From Alphaproteobacteria bacterium (GTDB lineage Bacteria > Pseudomonadota > Alphaproteobacteria > UBA8366): a stretch of 64,000 nt of DNA. The stretch covers positions 3,321-67,320 of the forward strand of contig JAJFJD010000047.1 in NCBI GenBank assembly GCA_021774335.1, in the 5' to 3' direction. Every line of letters starts with the position of its first letter. Within the stretch, counting starts at the first letter, position 1. Below are positions 47,244 through 56,055 of this stretch, one piece after another. The notes under the pieces are model-generated. The model saw only the letters and a program-made list of their open reading frames with translations, did not search any database and was not told where the DNA came from. Position numbers and translations under genes: made by a program.

Positions 47244-48215
47244 CTAACCATGCGATGAGTTGCCTAGCTTTTCGGCGAAGGTAAGTACTTCTCGGGCGAG
47301 CCTTTCCTTGTCGGCGAGAGTCTTCATGATCGTATCGGTCATCAACACGTCGACGCCGAGGGATCGTACCGCATCGTCGCTACCGGCGTCGCTGCTGTCG
47401 AGCACGAATCCATCGAGCAGGTCGCCGTAATGCCGGGCAACCGCCACCGCGTCACTGTCCAATCCCAGCTCGGTCATCATCTTCGCGGTCGGGCCCTTCA
47501 ACGCCTTGCCGCCGACGATCGGCGAGACCGCGACGACCGGGGCCTTGGCCGCCGTTAGCATATCGCGCAGACCGGGAACGGCGAAGATGGGATCGATGCT
47601 GATAAACGGGTTGGAGGGGCAGATCACGACCGCGCTGAGATCGTCGCCGGCCAATGCTTCGGCGATCCCCGGCGCCGGGTGGGCGTCCGCAGCGCCATCA
47701 AATCGGAAGCCGGTGACCACGGGCGCACATTGCTCGCGCACGAAATAATGCTGGAATGGCAGCGGTCCGTCCGGCGTTTCGACGATGGTGCGGACGGGCG
47801 TGTCGCTCATCGGCAGGATCTTTGGCTCGATACCCAGCCGCTGCCGAAAATCGCCGGTGATGCCGGTCAGGGTCTCGCCGGATGCAAGACGGCGGCTGCG
47901 TTCGACGTGGGTGGCCAGGTCGCGGTCGCCGAGTTGGAACCAGGTTTCGCCACCCAATGCCTCCATCGAGGCCATGAATTGCCAGGTCTCACCGCCGCGG
48001 CCCCAACCGGTTTCAGTATTGCTGATGCCTGCCAGGGTGTAGGTCAGCGTGTCGATGTCGGGACAGATCGTCAGGCCGAGATGTTCGAAATCGTCGCCGG
48101 TGTTGGCGATGATCGTCAGGTCTTCGGGTAGGAGGGTTCGCGCCAGACCCAGCGCCAGCTTGGCGCCACCGACGCCGCCGGACAGCGCGACGCAGCGGGG
48201 TGCCTGCGTGGTCAC
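47244..48215 (-). CDS. cofD: LPPG:FO 2-phospho-L-lactate transferase
   Basis: LSGGVGGAKL, ANTGDD, CPDIDT, WFQLGDRDLATH, PSNPFISIDPI, VSPIVGG, KGPTAKMM. Confidence 0.95.
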   Translation of the reverse strand: MTTQAPRCVALSGGVGGAKLALGLARTLLPEDLTIIANTGDDFEHLGLTICPDIDTLTYTLAGISNTETGWGRGGETWQFMASMEALGGETWFQLGDRDLATHVERSRRLASGETLTGITGDFRQRLGIEPKILPMSDTPVRTIVETPDGPLPFQHYFVREQCAPVVTGFRFDGAADAHPAPGIAEALAGDDLSAVVICPSNPFISIDPIFAVPGLRDMLTAAKAPVVAVSPIVGGKALKGPTAKMMTELGLDSDAVAVARHYGDLLDGFVLDSSDAGSDDAVRSLGVDVLMTDTIMKTLADKERLAREVLTFAEKLGNSSHG

Positions 48216-48982
48216 CGGAACAAATCCTCATTCTCGCCGCGCAGCAACTCGCCGACGGTGCCGTCTTCGGCCTCCGGGGCAAAGCCCCGGATCAGCGCGA
48301 CCGGCGTTCCTTCCGCTCCTTCGCCCTGCACTACCGATGCAGTCGCGGCCAGTTCATCCGCTAGACCGACCGTGGACACGCGCAGCTCGCGGCCGAACAG
48401 GTCTTTGTCGCCGCGCAGGTCGAGAAGCGAGCGCAGGCCCGATACGCCGATCGCGGTGCCGACAGTGCCGTACCGCCACGCCCGGCCGATGCTGTCGTTG
48501 ATGATCACGGCGGGCGTGGTGCCCGTGATTCCGGCGATCGCGGCGCGCAATTGTTTGCAGGATCGATCCGGATCCTGCGGCAATAGCAACACGCGTTCGT
48601 CGCCGTTCGTCGGCTCCACGTTCGAGGCGTCGATTCCGGCGTTGGCCAAGACGAATCCCAGGCGATGTTCCACGATCAACAGGCCGGGCCGTTGCCGCAC
48701 TACCCGTGTCGACTCGCCGAGGATCAGTTCGATCAGCCGCGGGTCCTTGTCGACTTCCGCCCCCAGCGCCACGGCTTCGGCCGACGGCGTAATGTCGCCG
48801 AGCGTGGCGTAGCGTCCTTCCGCCTTCGAGACAATCTTCTGGGCGACCACGATCACGTCGTCGCGCCGCAGTGTCACGTCGGCCCGGCCCAGTGCCGAGA
48901 GGATCAGGTCACAAAGGTCGTCGCCGGGCTGGACCAGCGGAATGCCGGGAAGGGCGAGGGTTTCGATCCGCCGCGGCGTCAC
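48212..48982 (-). CDS. cofE: Coenzyme F420-0:L-glutamate ligase (single domain)
   Basis: VAQKIVSKAEG, ANAGIDASN, LLPQDPD, DSIGRAWR, ADELAA. Confidence 0.95.
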   Translation of the reverse strand: MTPRRIETLALPGIPLVQPGDDLCDLILSALGRADVTLRRDDVIVVAQKIVSKAEGRYATLGDITPSAEAVALGAEVDKDPRLIELILGESTRVVRQRPGLLIVEHRLGFVLANAGIDASNVEPTNGDERVLLLPQDPDRSCKQLRAAIAGITGTTPAVIINDSIGRAWRYGTVGTAIGVSGLRSLLDLRGDKDLFGRELRVSTVGLADELAATASVVQGEGAEGTPVALIRGFAPEAEDGTVGELLRGENEDLFR

Positions 48983-49635
48983 GCCTTCGGCTCACCCGTG
49001 ATGCGGATGCCCGCGTGGTCCAGATCGTTCCGGTTGATGAAGATCAGGATCGACGTCAACGCTTCCGCCGCCGCCGAATTGTCGATCGAGCCGGCATGCC
49101 AGGCGATCAGCCCGGCGGCTTCCGCAAGGTCGACCGCGCTTTGCCGCGCCGCGCGGCTGTTGCCGCAGACCAGCACGTCGCAGTCGATCTTGGCGTTCGG
49201 ATCCTGCAGCAAGTCGGCAGCCACATTCTGGAAGGCGGATACCACCTTGACCCCGTCGCCGAGGAATTCCTGCGCCGCCTTGGCGGCGGACCCTGCGGGC
49301 GGCAGTTGCACGCGGGCGACCTTGGGCGGGACGAGCGGCACGGTCGCGTCGACCAGGACTTTCCCCTGTGCCCCGTCGCGCACCGCCTCCAGCATCGCCT
49401 GATGCGTGCCGAAGGGGACGGTCAGGACGACGATATCCGCCGCCGCGGCGGCATCGCCGTTCTCCAGCCCGCGGATCGAGCCGCCGGACATCTCCGCTGC
49501 CTTCTTCTCGGCATTCTCCGCCGAGCGGGAGCCGATGATGATGTCATATCCGGCGCTGGCCCACCGCTGCGCCAGACCGGAGCCCAAGGCCCCGGTGCCG
49601 CCGATTACGGCGATGGTTGGTTTTTGGTCCGCCAT
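48979..49635 (-). CDS. npdG: F420H2:NADP+ oxidoreductase (Fno)
   Basis: GGTGALGSGLA, IGSRSAENA, LTVPF, VDATVPL, GSAA, VVSAFQNV, first gene of the cof operon. Confidence 0.92.
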   Translation of the reverse strand: MADQKPTIAVIGGTGALGSGLAQRWASAGYDIIIGSRSAENAEKKAAEMSGGSIRGLENGDAAAAADIVVLTVPFGTHQAMLEAVRDGAQGKVLVDATVPLVPPKVARVQLPPAGSAAKAAQEFLGDGVKVVSAFQNVAADLLQDPNAKIDCDVLVCGNSRAARQSAVDLAEAAGLIAWHAGSIDNSAAAEALTSILIFINRNDLDHAGIRITGEPKA

Positions 49636-49690
49636 TTTGCGTCCTTTTCCTACTTCTTATTGCTCTTGTTCTTTTGTGACCGTGCTGCCG

Positions 49691-50479
49691 TCAGTGCTTG
49701 CCGAAATGCGCCAGCACCGCCGTGTTGAAGGCCTCCGGCTGTTCGATATTCGACAGATGCGCTGCATCGTCCAGCACCACCATCTCCGAACCGGAAACCG
49801 CGTCGTGAATGACCTTGGAATGCTCGACCGTGGTCGCCGGATCGTCCGCGCCAACCAGCACCAGCGTCGGTGTTGTGATCTTCGGCAGCAGGTCGCCGTG
49901 GTCCATCACGTCGATCGCCATGCCGCACCCGACGAAGCCGTCGACCGGCGTCGTCTTGATCATTTCCGCGACCGGCGCCAGTTCCGCTGCATTATTCGCC
50001 CGAAAACCTTCAGTGAACCAGCGTTGCAGCGTCGGATCGACGAGCGACGGCATGCCGCCCTCGCGCGCCATGTTGATGCGTTCTTCCCACATGCCGGGGG
50101 CGCCCAACTGGCTTGCGGTATCGCACAATGTCAGGCTGTGCAGCACTTCGGGATTCTTCGCGCCGAGCTGCTGGCCAATCATGCCGCCCATGGAAAGGCC
50201 GCAGAAATGCACCTTGTCCAGACCGAGCGCGCCGATCAGCGCCACCGCATCCTGGCGCAGCCCATCAAAGCTGTAGGGCGGTTCGGTCGCCTGCGTGCCG
50301 CCGTGGCCGCGCTGGTCGTAGCGCAGCACCCGGTACTTCTGGGTCAGCGCCGGAATCTGCTTGTCCCACATACTGTAATTGGTCGCGAGGCTGTTGCTCA
50401 GCATCACCACCGGTGCATCCGCCGGGCCGTCGAGCTGATAGGCAATATCGATGTCGTTGGCGTTGATCGTTTCCCCCAT
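49691..50479 (-). CDS. pcaD: 3-oxoadipate enol-lactonase-like alpha/beta hydrolase
   Basis: LSNSLAT, RYDQRGHG, GLSMGG, RWFT, AAHLSNIEQP. Confidence 0.82.
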   Translation of the reverse strand: MGETINANDIDIAYQLDGPADAPVVMLSNSLATNYSMWDKQIPALTQKYRVLRYDQRGHGGTQATEPPYSFDGLRQDAVALIGALGLDKVHFCGLSMGGMIGQQLGAKNPEVLHSLTLCDTASQLGAPGMWEERINMAREGGMPSLVDPTLQRWFTEGFRANNAAELAPVAEMIKTTPVDGFVGCGMAIDVMDHGDLLPKITTPTLVLVGADDPATTVEHSKVIHDAVSGSEMVVLDDAAHLSNIEQPEAFNTAVLAHFGKH

Positions 50480-50644
50480 GGTCTTTCTCCCTATGCGTAT
50501 TGTTCGTCGTTGTGCGGTTGCTGCGGCGTGGCTGCCTACAGTCGATTAGCGTATAGCGCGATGGAATTTCAAGCAGGAGTATCTTGGCACAGCCGGGCGA
50601 TTGAAACATAACAGTGATCTGACAAATTGCACGAGGGGGCCGCG

Positions 50645-51700
50645 ATGCAGTGGGTGAAGGTTTGTCTGATCGGATTTGCCGCGATACTCCAGGCTGGGTG
50701 CCAAACCACCGACCCGGCGGAATACAAGACCGCGGCCGATCTGTTGCTCGATCTTTCGCACCGGTCCCGGGACAGCCTGTCCAGCATGCCGCCGATCGAA
50801 CCGGTGGAAAAACCCTTCACCGCCGCCTTGAATGCAGTGCTCGACGGCGACCGCGCGGCAGCCGACAAGCACGCGGCCGCGGCCGGCTACCGGATCGTCG
50901 ACAAGCAGTATGACGGCAAAGGCTACGCCATTCTGCTCGAGAGCGACGGTGCGGGCATCGGGCCGGTTGTCGCCATCGCCAAGACCCCGGCGCGCGATGC
51001 CATCATCCAGGCGCCGCATCCGGTTAAGGACAGCCACACCGACAAGCAGGCCGCCGTGCTGTTCCTGAAGCTCGGCGCGCGGGCGTTGATCGTCGCCGGG
51101 GCGCATCGTTGCGCCGCTCGGGACGAATCGCCGTGCAGCGGCAGGACGGGCGTTTGCGGCGACGGGCGCGCGCCCTACCGGACCTCGGACCCGGCGCATA
51201 ACCCGGCGACCCTGTTCCACGTCGCGCACCGCACCTTCACCCGGCGCTGGGAAAAGTCCATCGCGATCCAGACGCACGGGTTCAACAATTCCGGCAGTTC
51301 GGTCTGGTTCGTCATGTCGGACGGGACCAAGGAAAAACGTCCCGGCGATTCGTCGCTGGTCGGTAAGGTCCGTGACCGCATCCACACGGTGCTGGGCCGG
51401 AAGGAACGCGCGGTGAGCTGCCAGGACCCGAATGACCGTAGCATCCGGACGCGCTGGCTCTGCGCGGCGACCACGGTGCAGGGCCGCGACCTGAACGGCA
51501 GCCCGGATATATGCCGCGTTTCGGCCAAGAAATCCTCCGGGCGGTTCCTCCACATCGAGCAGGCATTGGAGGAAGTACGCCGTCCCTACGGCCGGGATTG
51601 GAAAAATATCTCCCAATATCCGGGGAGTAACGCCATACTGAAAGCCCTGGCGCAAGAACTGCCCTGTCTCCAACCGGGCTGCGCGCCCGTCCGGCGGTAA
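50645..51700 (+). CDS. Hypothetical Cys-containing lipoprotein with possible metallohydrolase motifs
   Basis: Lipobox LQAGC; QAPHP, SDPAH, IQTHGF, FLHIEQ; several Cys. Confidence 0.6.
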   Translation: MQWVKVCLIGFAAILQAGCQTTDPAEYKTAADLLLDLSHRSRDSLSSMPPIEPVEKPFTAALNAVLDGDRAAADKHAAAAGYRIVDKQYDGKGYAILLESDGAGIGPVVAIAKTPARDAIIQAPHPVKDSHTDKQAAVLFLKLGARALIVAGAHRCAARDESPCSGRTGVCGDGRAPYRTSDPAHNPATLFHVAHRTFTRRWEKSIAIQTHGFNNSGSSVWFVMSDGTKEKRPGDSSLVGKVRDRIHTVLGRKERAVSCQDPNDRSIRTRWLCAATTVQGRDLNGSPDICRVSAKKSSGRFLHIEQALEEVRRPYGRDWKNISQYPGSNAILKALAQELPCLQPGCAPVRR

Positions 51701-51729
51701 ATCCAACAATACCGCCGCGACTTCCAACA

Positions 51730-51754
51730 CAGCCAATCAGCCAATCAGCCAATC
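51730..51754 (+). repeat. Short tandem repeat (CAGCCAAT)x3
   Basis: Three perfect 8-bp units just upstream of the RBS of 51772. Confidence 0.75.
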
Positions 51755-51771
51755 CGGCAAGGGAGAGCACG

Positions 51772-52917
51772 ATGCCCGAACGCAGTTCCAATACTCCGAA
51801 GGTTGATCCCCAGGAGATTCTCGACGGCATCCAGAAATGGGTCGAGATCGAGACACCGACCTATGAAGGCGACGCGGTCAATATTCTCGTCGACGAGGTT
51901 GAGGAAAGCATGAAGGCGCTGGGCGCGAAGATTAACCGCACGCCCGGCCGAGATGGCTTCGGCGACATCCTGCGCACGCGCACGCCGTGGGGCGGCGACG
52001 GGCCGGGCATTTTAGTGCTCAGCCATCTCGATACGGTCCATCCGATCGGCAGCAAGGAAGAGTACAATCCCTGGCGCCGCGAGGGTGATTCGGTGTACGG
52101 CCCCGGCATCTACGACATGAAGGCCGGCGCGTATCTCGCCTATTACGCCTATCAGCATCTCGTCCGGATGGGGAAGCAGACGCCGCTGCCCGTGACTTTC
52201 ATGTATATCCCGGAAGAAGAGATCGGCAGCCCGACGTCGCGCGCGCTGATCGAGGAAGAAGCCAAGAAGCACAAATACGTGCTGGTGACCGAACCCGCCC
52301 GTGAAGGCGGCAAGATCGTCACCGGGCGTAAGGGCGTCGGCCGGTTCGAGGCGCGGACCCATGGCGTCGCCGCGCATTCCGGATCGCGCCATCAGGACGG
52401 CCGCAGCGCGATTCAGGAAATGGCGCGGGTGATCCTCGCGATCGATGGCATGACCGACTACGACCGCGGCGTAACCACGAATGTCGGTATCGTGAAGGGC
52501 GGCTCCGGCGTCAACGTGATTTCCCATGAATGCTACGTGGAAATCGACCTGCGTGTGCCGACGCCGGAACTGGCTGCGGAATATGAGGCCAAGATCCTCG
52601 GTCTCACGGCGGAAAACCCGGACGTGAAGCTGGAAATCACCGGCGGCATCAATCGCCCGCCCTACCAGAAGGACGAAGGCATCCAATCGCTGTTCGAGCA
52701 TGCCAAGGAACTGTGCGCCGAGATCGGCTTCGAGCTGGAAGACATGCATACCGGCGGCGGCAGCGATGGCTGCTTCACCGCGGCACTCGGGATTCCCACG
52801 CTGGACGGCCTCGGCGCGGACGGCGTCGGTGCGCATGCCCAGAACGAGCAGATCTACTTCTCGTCGCTGGAACCGCGCGCCAAGATGTGGGTCAGGCTCC
52901 TGGAAACGTTGGAATAA
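51772..52917 (+). CDS. M20 metallopeptidase, glutamate carboxypeptidase (CPG2-like)
   Basis: HLDTV, GPGIYDMKAG, EEEIGS, GRKG, AHSG, GGGSDG, GAHAQNE. Confidence 0.9.
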   Translation: MPERSSNTPKVDPQEILDGIQKWVEIETPTYEGDAVNILVDEVEESMKALGAKINRTPGRDGFGDILRTRTPWGGDGPGILVLSHLDTVHPIGSKEEYNPWRREGDSVYGPGIYDMKAGAYLAYYAYQHLVRMGKQTPLPVTFMYIPEEEIGSPTSRALIEEEAKKHKYVLVTEPAREGGKIVTGRKGVGRFEARTHGVAAHSGSRHQDGRSAIQEMARVILAIDGMTDYDRGVTTNVGIVKGGSGVNVISHECYVEIDLRVPTPELAAEYEAKILGLTAENPDVKLEITGGINRPPYQKDEGIQSLFEHAKELCAEIGFELEDMHTGGGSDGCFTAALGIPTLDGLGADGVGAHAQNEQIYFSSLEPRAKMWVRLLETLE

Positions 52918-52929
52918 AACGAACGGCGG

Positions 52930-53649
52930 TTACGGACAGCCCAACTGGTCGGCGAGACCGGTGAAGCTGTCGGCGACGTAGTCGAAGTCGTGCTCCGCCT
53001 TGGTGTCGGTCGCTTGGTCCGGGCCATGCTCGCTGGGCCGCAGGACGAAGGCAGTGCGGAAGCCCTGCTGGCTCGCCGCGACCAGGTCATTATTGTGGGC
53101 CGCGGTCATCATGCAGCTTTCCGGCGGCAGGCCGAGCGCGTCGGCGCAGTTGATATAGGCGTCGGGACACGGCTTGTAGTGGCGCACCACCTCGGACCCC
53201 AGGATCACGTCCCACGGCAGCCCGGCGTTCTTCGCCATGTTGACCATCAATGCGATGTTGCCGTTCGACTGGGTCGCGATGATGAAGCGCTGCTTTAGGC
53301 GGGTCAGTCCCTCCACCGAATCCGGCCACGGGGTCAGGCGATGCCAGGCCCGGTTCAGATGGTCGATGTCGTCCTCGGCGAGGCCGCCGATATCGTAACG
53401 GCGCAGCAATTCGTCCAGGTTCATCCGGTGCAGCACGTCGAGCTTGGTGAAGGGCAATTCGCCGCTGCGCACGCGCTGCATCGACGGGTTGTAGAGCGCC
53501 CGCCACGCCACCGCGAACTCCACCGGATCGACGCCTTTGATGCCGTGGTCGGCGAAAAATGTCTCGGCCTCACGCGCGATGCTGCTGCGCCAGTCCACTA
53601 CCGTGCCGAACACGTCGAAGGTGAGTGCCTTGATCTCCGGTGCCGCCAT
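52930..53649 (-). CDS. Haloacid dehalogenase type II
   Basis: FDVFGTVVDW, WHRLTPWPDS, SNGN, YKP, AAHNNDL. Confidence 0.9.
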   Translation of the reverse strand: MAAPEIKALTFDVFGTVVDWRSSIAREAETFFADHGIKGVDPVEFAVAWRALYNPSMQRVRSGELPFTKLDVLHRMNLDELLRRYDIGGLAEDDIDHLNRAWHRLTPWPDSVEGLTRLKQRFIIATQSNGNIALMVNMAKNAGLPWDVILGSEVVRHYKPCPDAYINCADALGLPPESCMMTAAHNNDLVAASQQGFRTAFVLRPSEHGPDQATDTKAEHDFDYVADSFTGLADQLGCP

Positions 53650-53725
53650 GCGATTGATCCTTGTGCCGATTGGTCCCGGTATCAGAGGTGGACCACGGCT
53701 ACCGCTGCGTCAAGCGCCCGGCCAA

Positions 53726-54037
53726 TCAGTCGGGAATCTCGATGTCGAGCAGCGGCGCATGCTGTTGCGCCCCGTAGATGTCGGAATCCTCGGGGTCGCC
53801 CGACCGTGCCAAGCGCGGGATCGTGACCTTGATCGCATAGGCGACGTCGTAAGGGATGATCGACACCTCGTTGTTCGACACGCCGTAGAGATCGGCGATG
53901 CGCTGTACGTTGATCGCGCCGCTGTCGAGGACACGACGGTAGGTCGCTTCGTCCTCGAACATCATGTCGAGCGTGCAGAGCAGCGCACCCGCGTTCTTTG
54001 AGCGCAATACCTGCGCTAAATCGACCAGTCTTGCCAT
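53726..54037 (-). CDS. DUF4387 family protein
   Basis: RSKNAG, AIKVTIPR, DIYGAQQHAPLL. Confidence 0.85.
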   Translation of the reverse strand: MARLVDLAQVLRSKNAGALLCTLDMMFEDEATYRRVLDSGAINVQRIADLYGVSNNEVSIIPYDVAYAIKVTIPRLARSGDPEDSDIYGAQQHAPLLDIEIPD

Positions 54038-54047
54038 GCTCCGCCTC

Positions 54048-55412
54048 CTATACGTCGATCATTTCGATGGGGAAGGGCGCCAGCGGGTCGTCCAATTCCA
54101 TCGTGTGCCATACATTGAAGCCGTAGGTCATGCCGACCGGCATGTCGGACGGCGAGAACGGGATCGCCAGATTCCCCGAGATGCATTTGCGGCCCGGAAA
54201 GTCGGTGTGCAGCAGGGCGTAGCGGCATTTCGCCATGACCGCCTTGCTGGTGTCCTCGTCGTCGGCCAGCACATCGACCAGCACGCCGATTTCATGCGCC
54301 GCCGTCTGTTTCACCGGCTCGCGCACGCCCATCGTGGCGTCCTTGCCGTAGACGCGGACGTTCAGCGTGTAGCTGTCGCGGCCGACGCCCAGGTTGGCCA
54401 TCTCGCCGGCAACGCGCTCGTGGCAGGATTCGATGAACCCGTCGATTCCGGCGATCAGCACCGGGTCGCGCACGCCGGCGATGAACACCGTGCGGTAGCC
54501 GGTCTCCTTCACGCCTTCCAGCTTTACCGTGTAGCGGTTGGCGGCCTCGAAACGGCTGCCGCTCACCCGCACGACGCGGGGATCGACCTGCTCGTATTCG
54601 GAATCGGTGGTGACCAGCGTGCCGTCCGGCTCGATCAGGTGATAGGGGCTGGGATTCTCGTACAGCGTATGCGCGGCGATCCGCATGCGGGTGCAGCGCT
54701 TGTCCGGATGTCCCGGTTCGACCAGGAAATGATCGTCGGCCAGCGTGCCCAGCACGCAGTCCTGGCCGGGGCGTGGCGTCGTCACCTGTCCCGCGCATTC
54801 GATGATCTTGGCGAGATGCCAGACCAGGCCGGGATCGTAGCCGTGCATCAGCGGGATCGCCGAATAGATCGATGCATCGGTCGCGCGCCCGGCGATCACC
54901 ACCTGCGCGCCGTCATTCAGCGCCTTCTGAAACGGCTCCACCCCCATCATGCCGACCACGCGGTGCGTTTCGTCGACGTCCTCCTCGGTCAGGTCGTTGA
55001 TCGGACCAAGCGGGGCGACTTTGCCTTCGCCGATCTTCTTCTTGATGAATTCCTTCGGTTGTTCCGCGTGGATCAATGCCATGCGGAAGGACAGGCCCTT
55101 CTCCTTGGCGATCTCTTCCGCGATTTCCTGGACGAAGGCGACCTGCGGATCGCTGCCGCCGCCTCCGGCTGAGCCGATGAGCACCGGGATGTTGTGTTCG
55201 ACGCCCGCCTCGAGCATGAGAGCGAGGTCGCGCTTCATCGCCTGGCGGGAGACGAACGGGATGCCTTCGCCCAGATAGTAGGGTCCGGGGTCCATCGATC
55301 CGCCGTCCGCGGCGATGAAATCGGGTTTCTGCTCCAAGCCGCGGCGAAACGCTTCTTCGGTATAGCCGTAGCCGAGCATTCCCGTGGTCGCCATCATGCG
55401 CATTTCCGGCAT
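54048..55412 (-). CDS. AtuA/DUF1446 family protein
   Basis: TGMLGYG, DGGSMDPGPYYLG, IGSAGGGG, AGRATD, AKIIEC, AHTLYEN, GNLAIPFSPS. Confidence 0.82.
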   Translation of the reverse strand: MPEMRMMATTGMLGYGYTEEAFRRGLEQKPDFIAADGGSMDPGPYYLGEGIPFVSRQAMKRDLALMLEAGVEHNIPVLIGSAGGGGSDPQVAFVQEIAEEIAKEKGLSFRMALIHAEQPKEFIKKKIGEGKVAPLGPINDLTEEDVDETHRVVGMMGVEPFQKALNDGAQVVIAGRATDASIYSAIPLMHGYDPGLVWHLAKIIECAGQVTTPRPGQDCVLGTLADDHFLVEPGHPDKRCTRMRIAAHTLYENPSPYHLIEPDGTLVTTDSEYEQVDPRVVRVSGSRFEAANRYTVKLEGVKETGYRTVFIAGVRDPVLIAGIDGFIESCHERVAGEMANLGVGRDSYTLNVRVYGKDATMGVREPVKQTAAHEIGVLVDVLADDEDTSKAVMAKCRYALLHTDFPGRKCISGNLAIPFSPSDMPVGMTYGFNVWHTMELDDPLAPFPIEMIDV

Positions 55413-55625
55413 GGTCTGCCTCCTGGTGGGGGATTCCTGAAATCGATCCGTGCGTTAACCATAGAGGAGACTCGCTGAACGCGCTATATATCTTAAATAT
55501 CAATGAGTTAATGGGCCTTGGAATCGCCTGATTCTCTCCCAAGATTCACCCTGAATCCTCCCTGTTCCCGCCTTGACGCCTGCGCATCCTGGCCACCGTC
55601 GCATCATGCGACTTGGGAGCGTGTC

Positions 55626-55895
55626 ATGAAGCAATTGAACATCGCCGCCACCTTTGCCGCCGCAACCGTGTTGACGGTCTTCTCGCTGACCTGTTGGGTC
55701 TACGAGGGTCAGCCCTTCAAGTCGCCCGGGATTGCCATCGACCGCATGAAGGCCGTGCAGGATGATGCCTTCGGCGGCCGCTTCGGCATTCGCGGTCCCG
55801 TCGGGGCGTCGCAAGCTTCGATCGCCTGGCCGGCGGGCATGGTCCTGGACAAATGGCCGGAAGATCTGCCGCGACCGGTACGCTACATTCGCTAA
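55626..55895 (+). CDS. Small hypothetical membrane-anchored or exported protein
   Basis: Hydrophobic N-terminus after GGGAG; no family recognised. Confidence 0.45.
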   Translation: MKQLNIAATFAAATVLTVFSLTCWVYEGQPFKSPGIAIDRMKAVQDDAFGGRFGIRGPVGASQASIAWPAGMVLDKWPEDLPRPVRYIR

Positions 55896-56055
55896 ACCGC
55901 TGTTTTCGGTGGATGTTCACACCGCGCCGGTGGCCACCGTGGGCCGAGATGAAGCCGATCTCCATTTGTTGTAGACTTGCCGCATCTGCATGCGGACCGG
56001 TCCGCCGGTCCGCATATTTATGACGACGGCAAGCTAGGTTTTTGGAGGACGAGAC

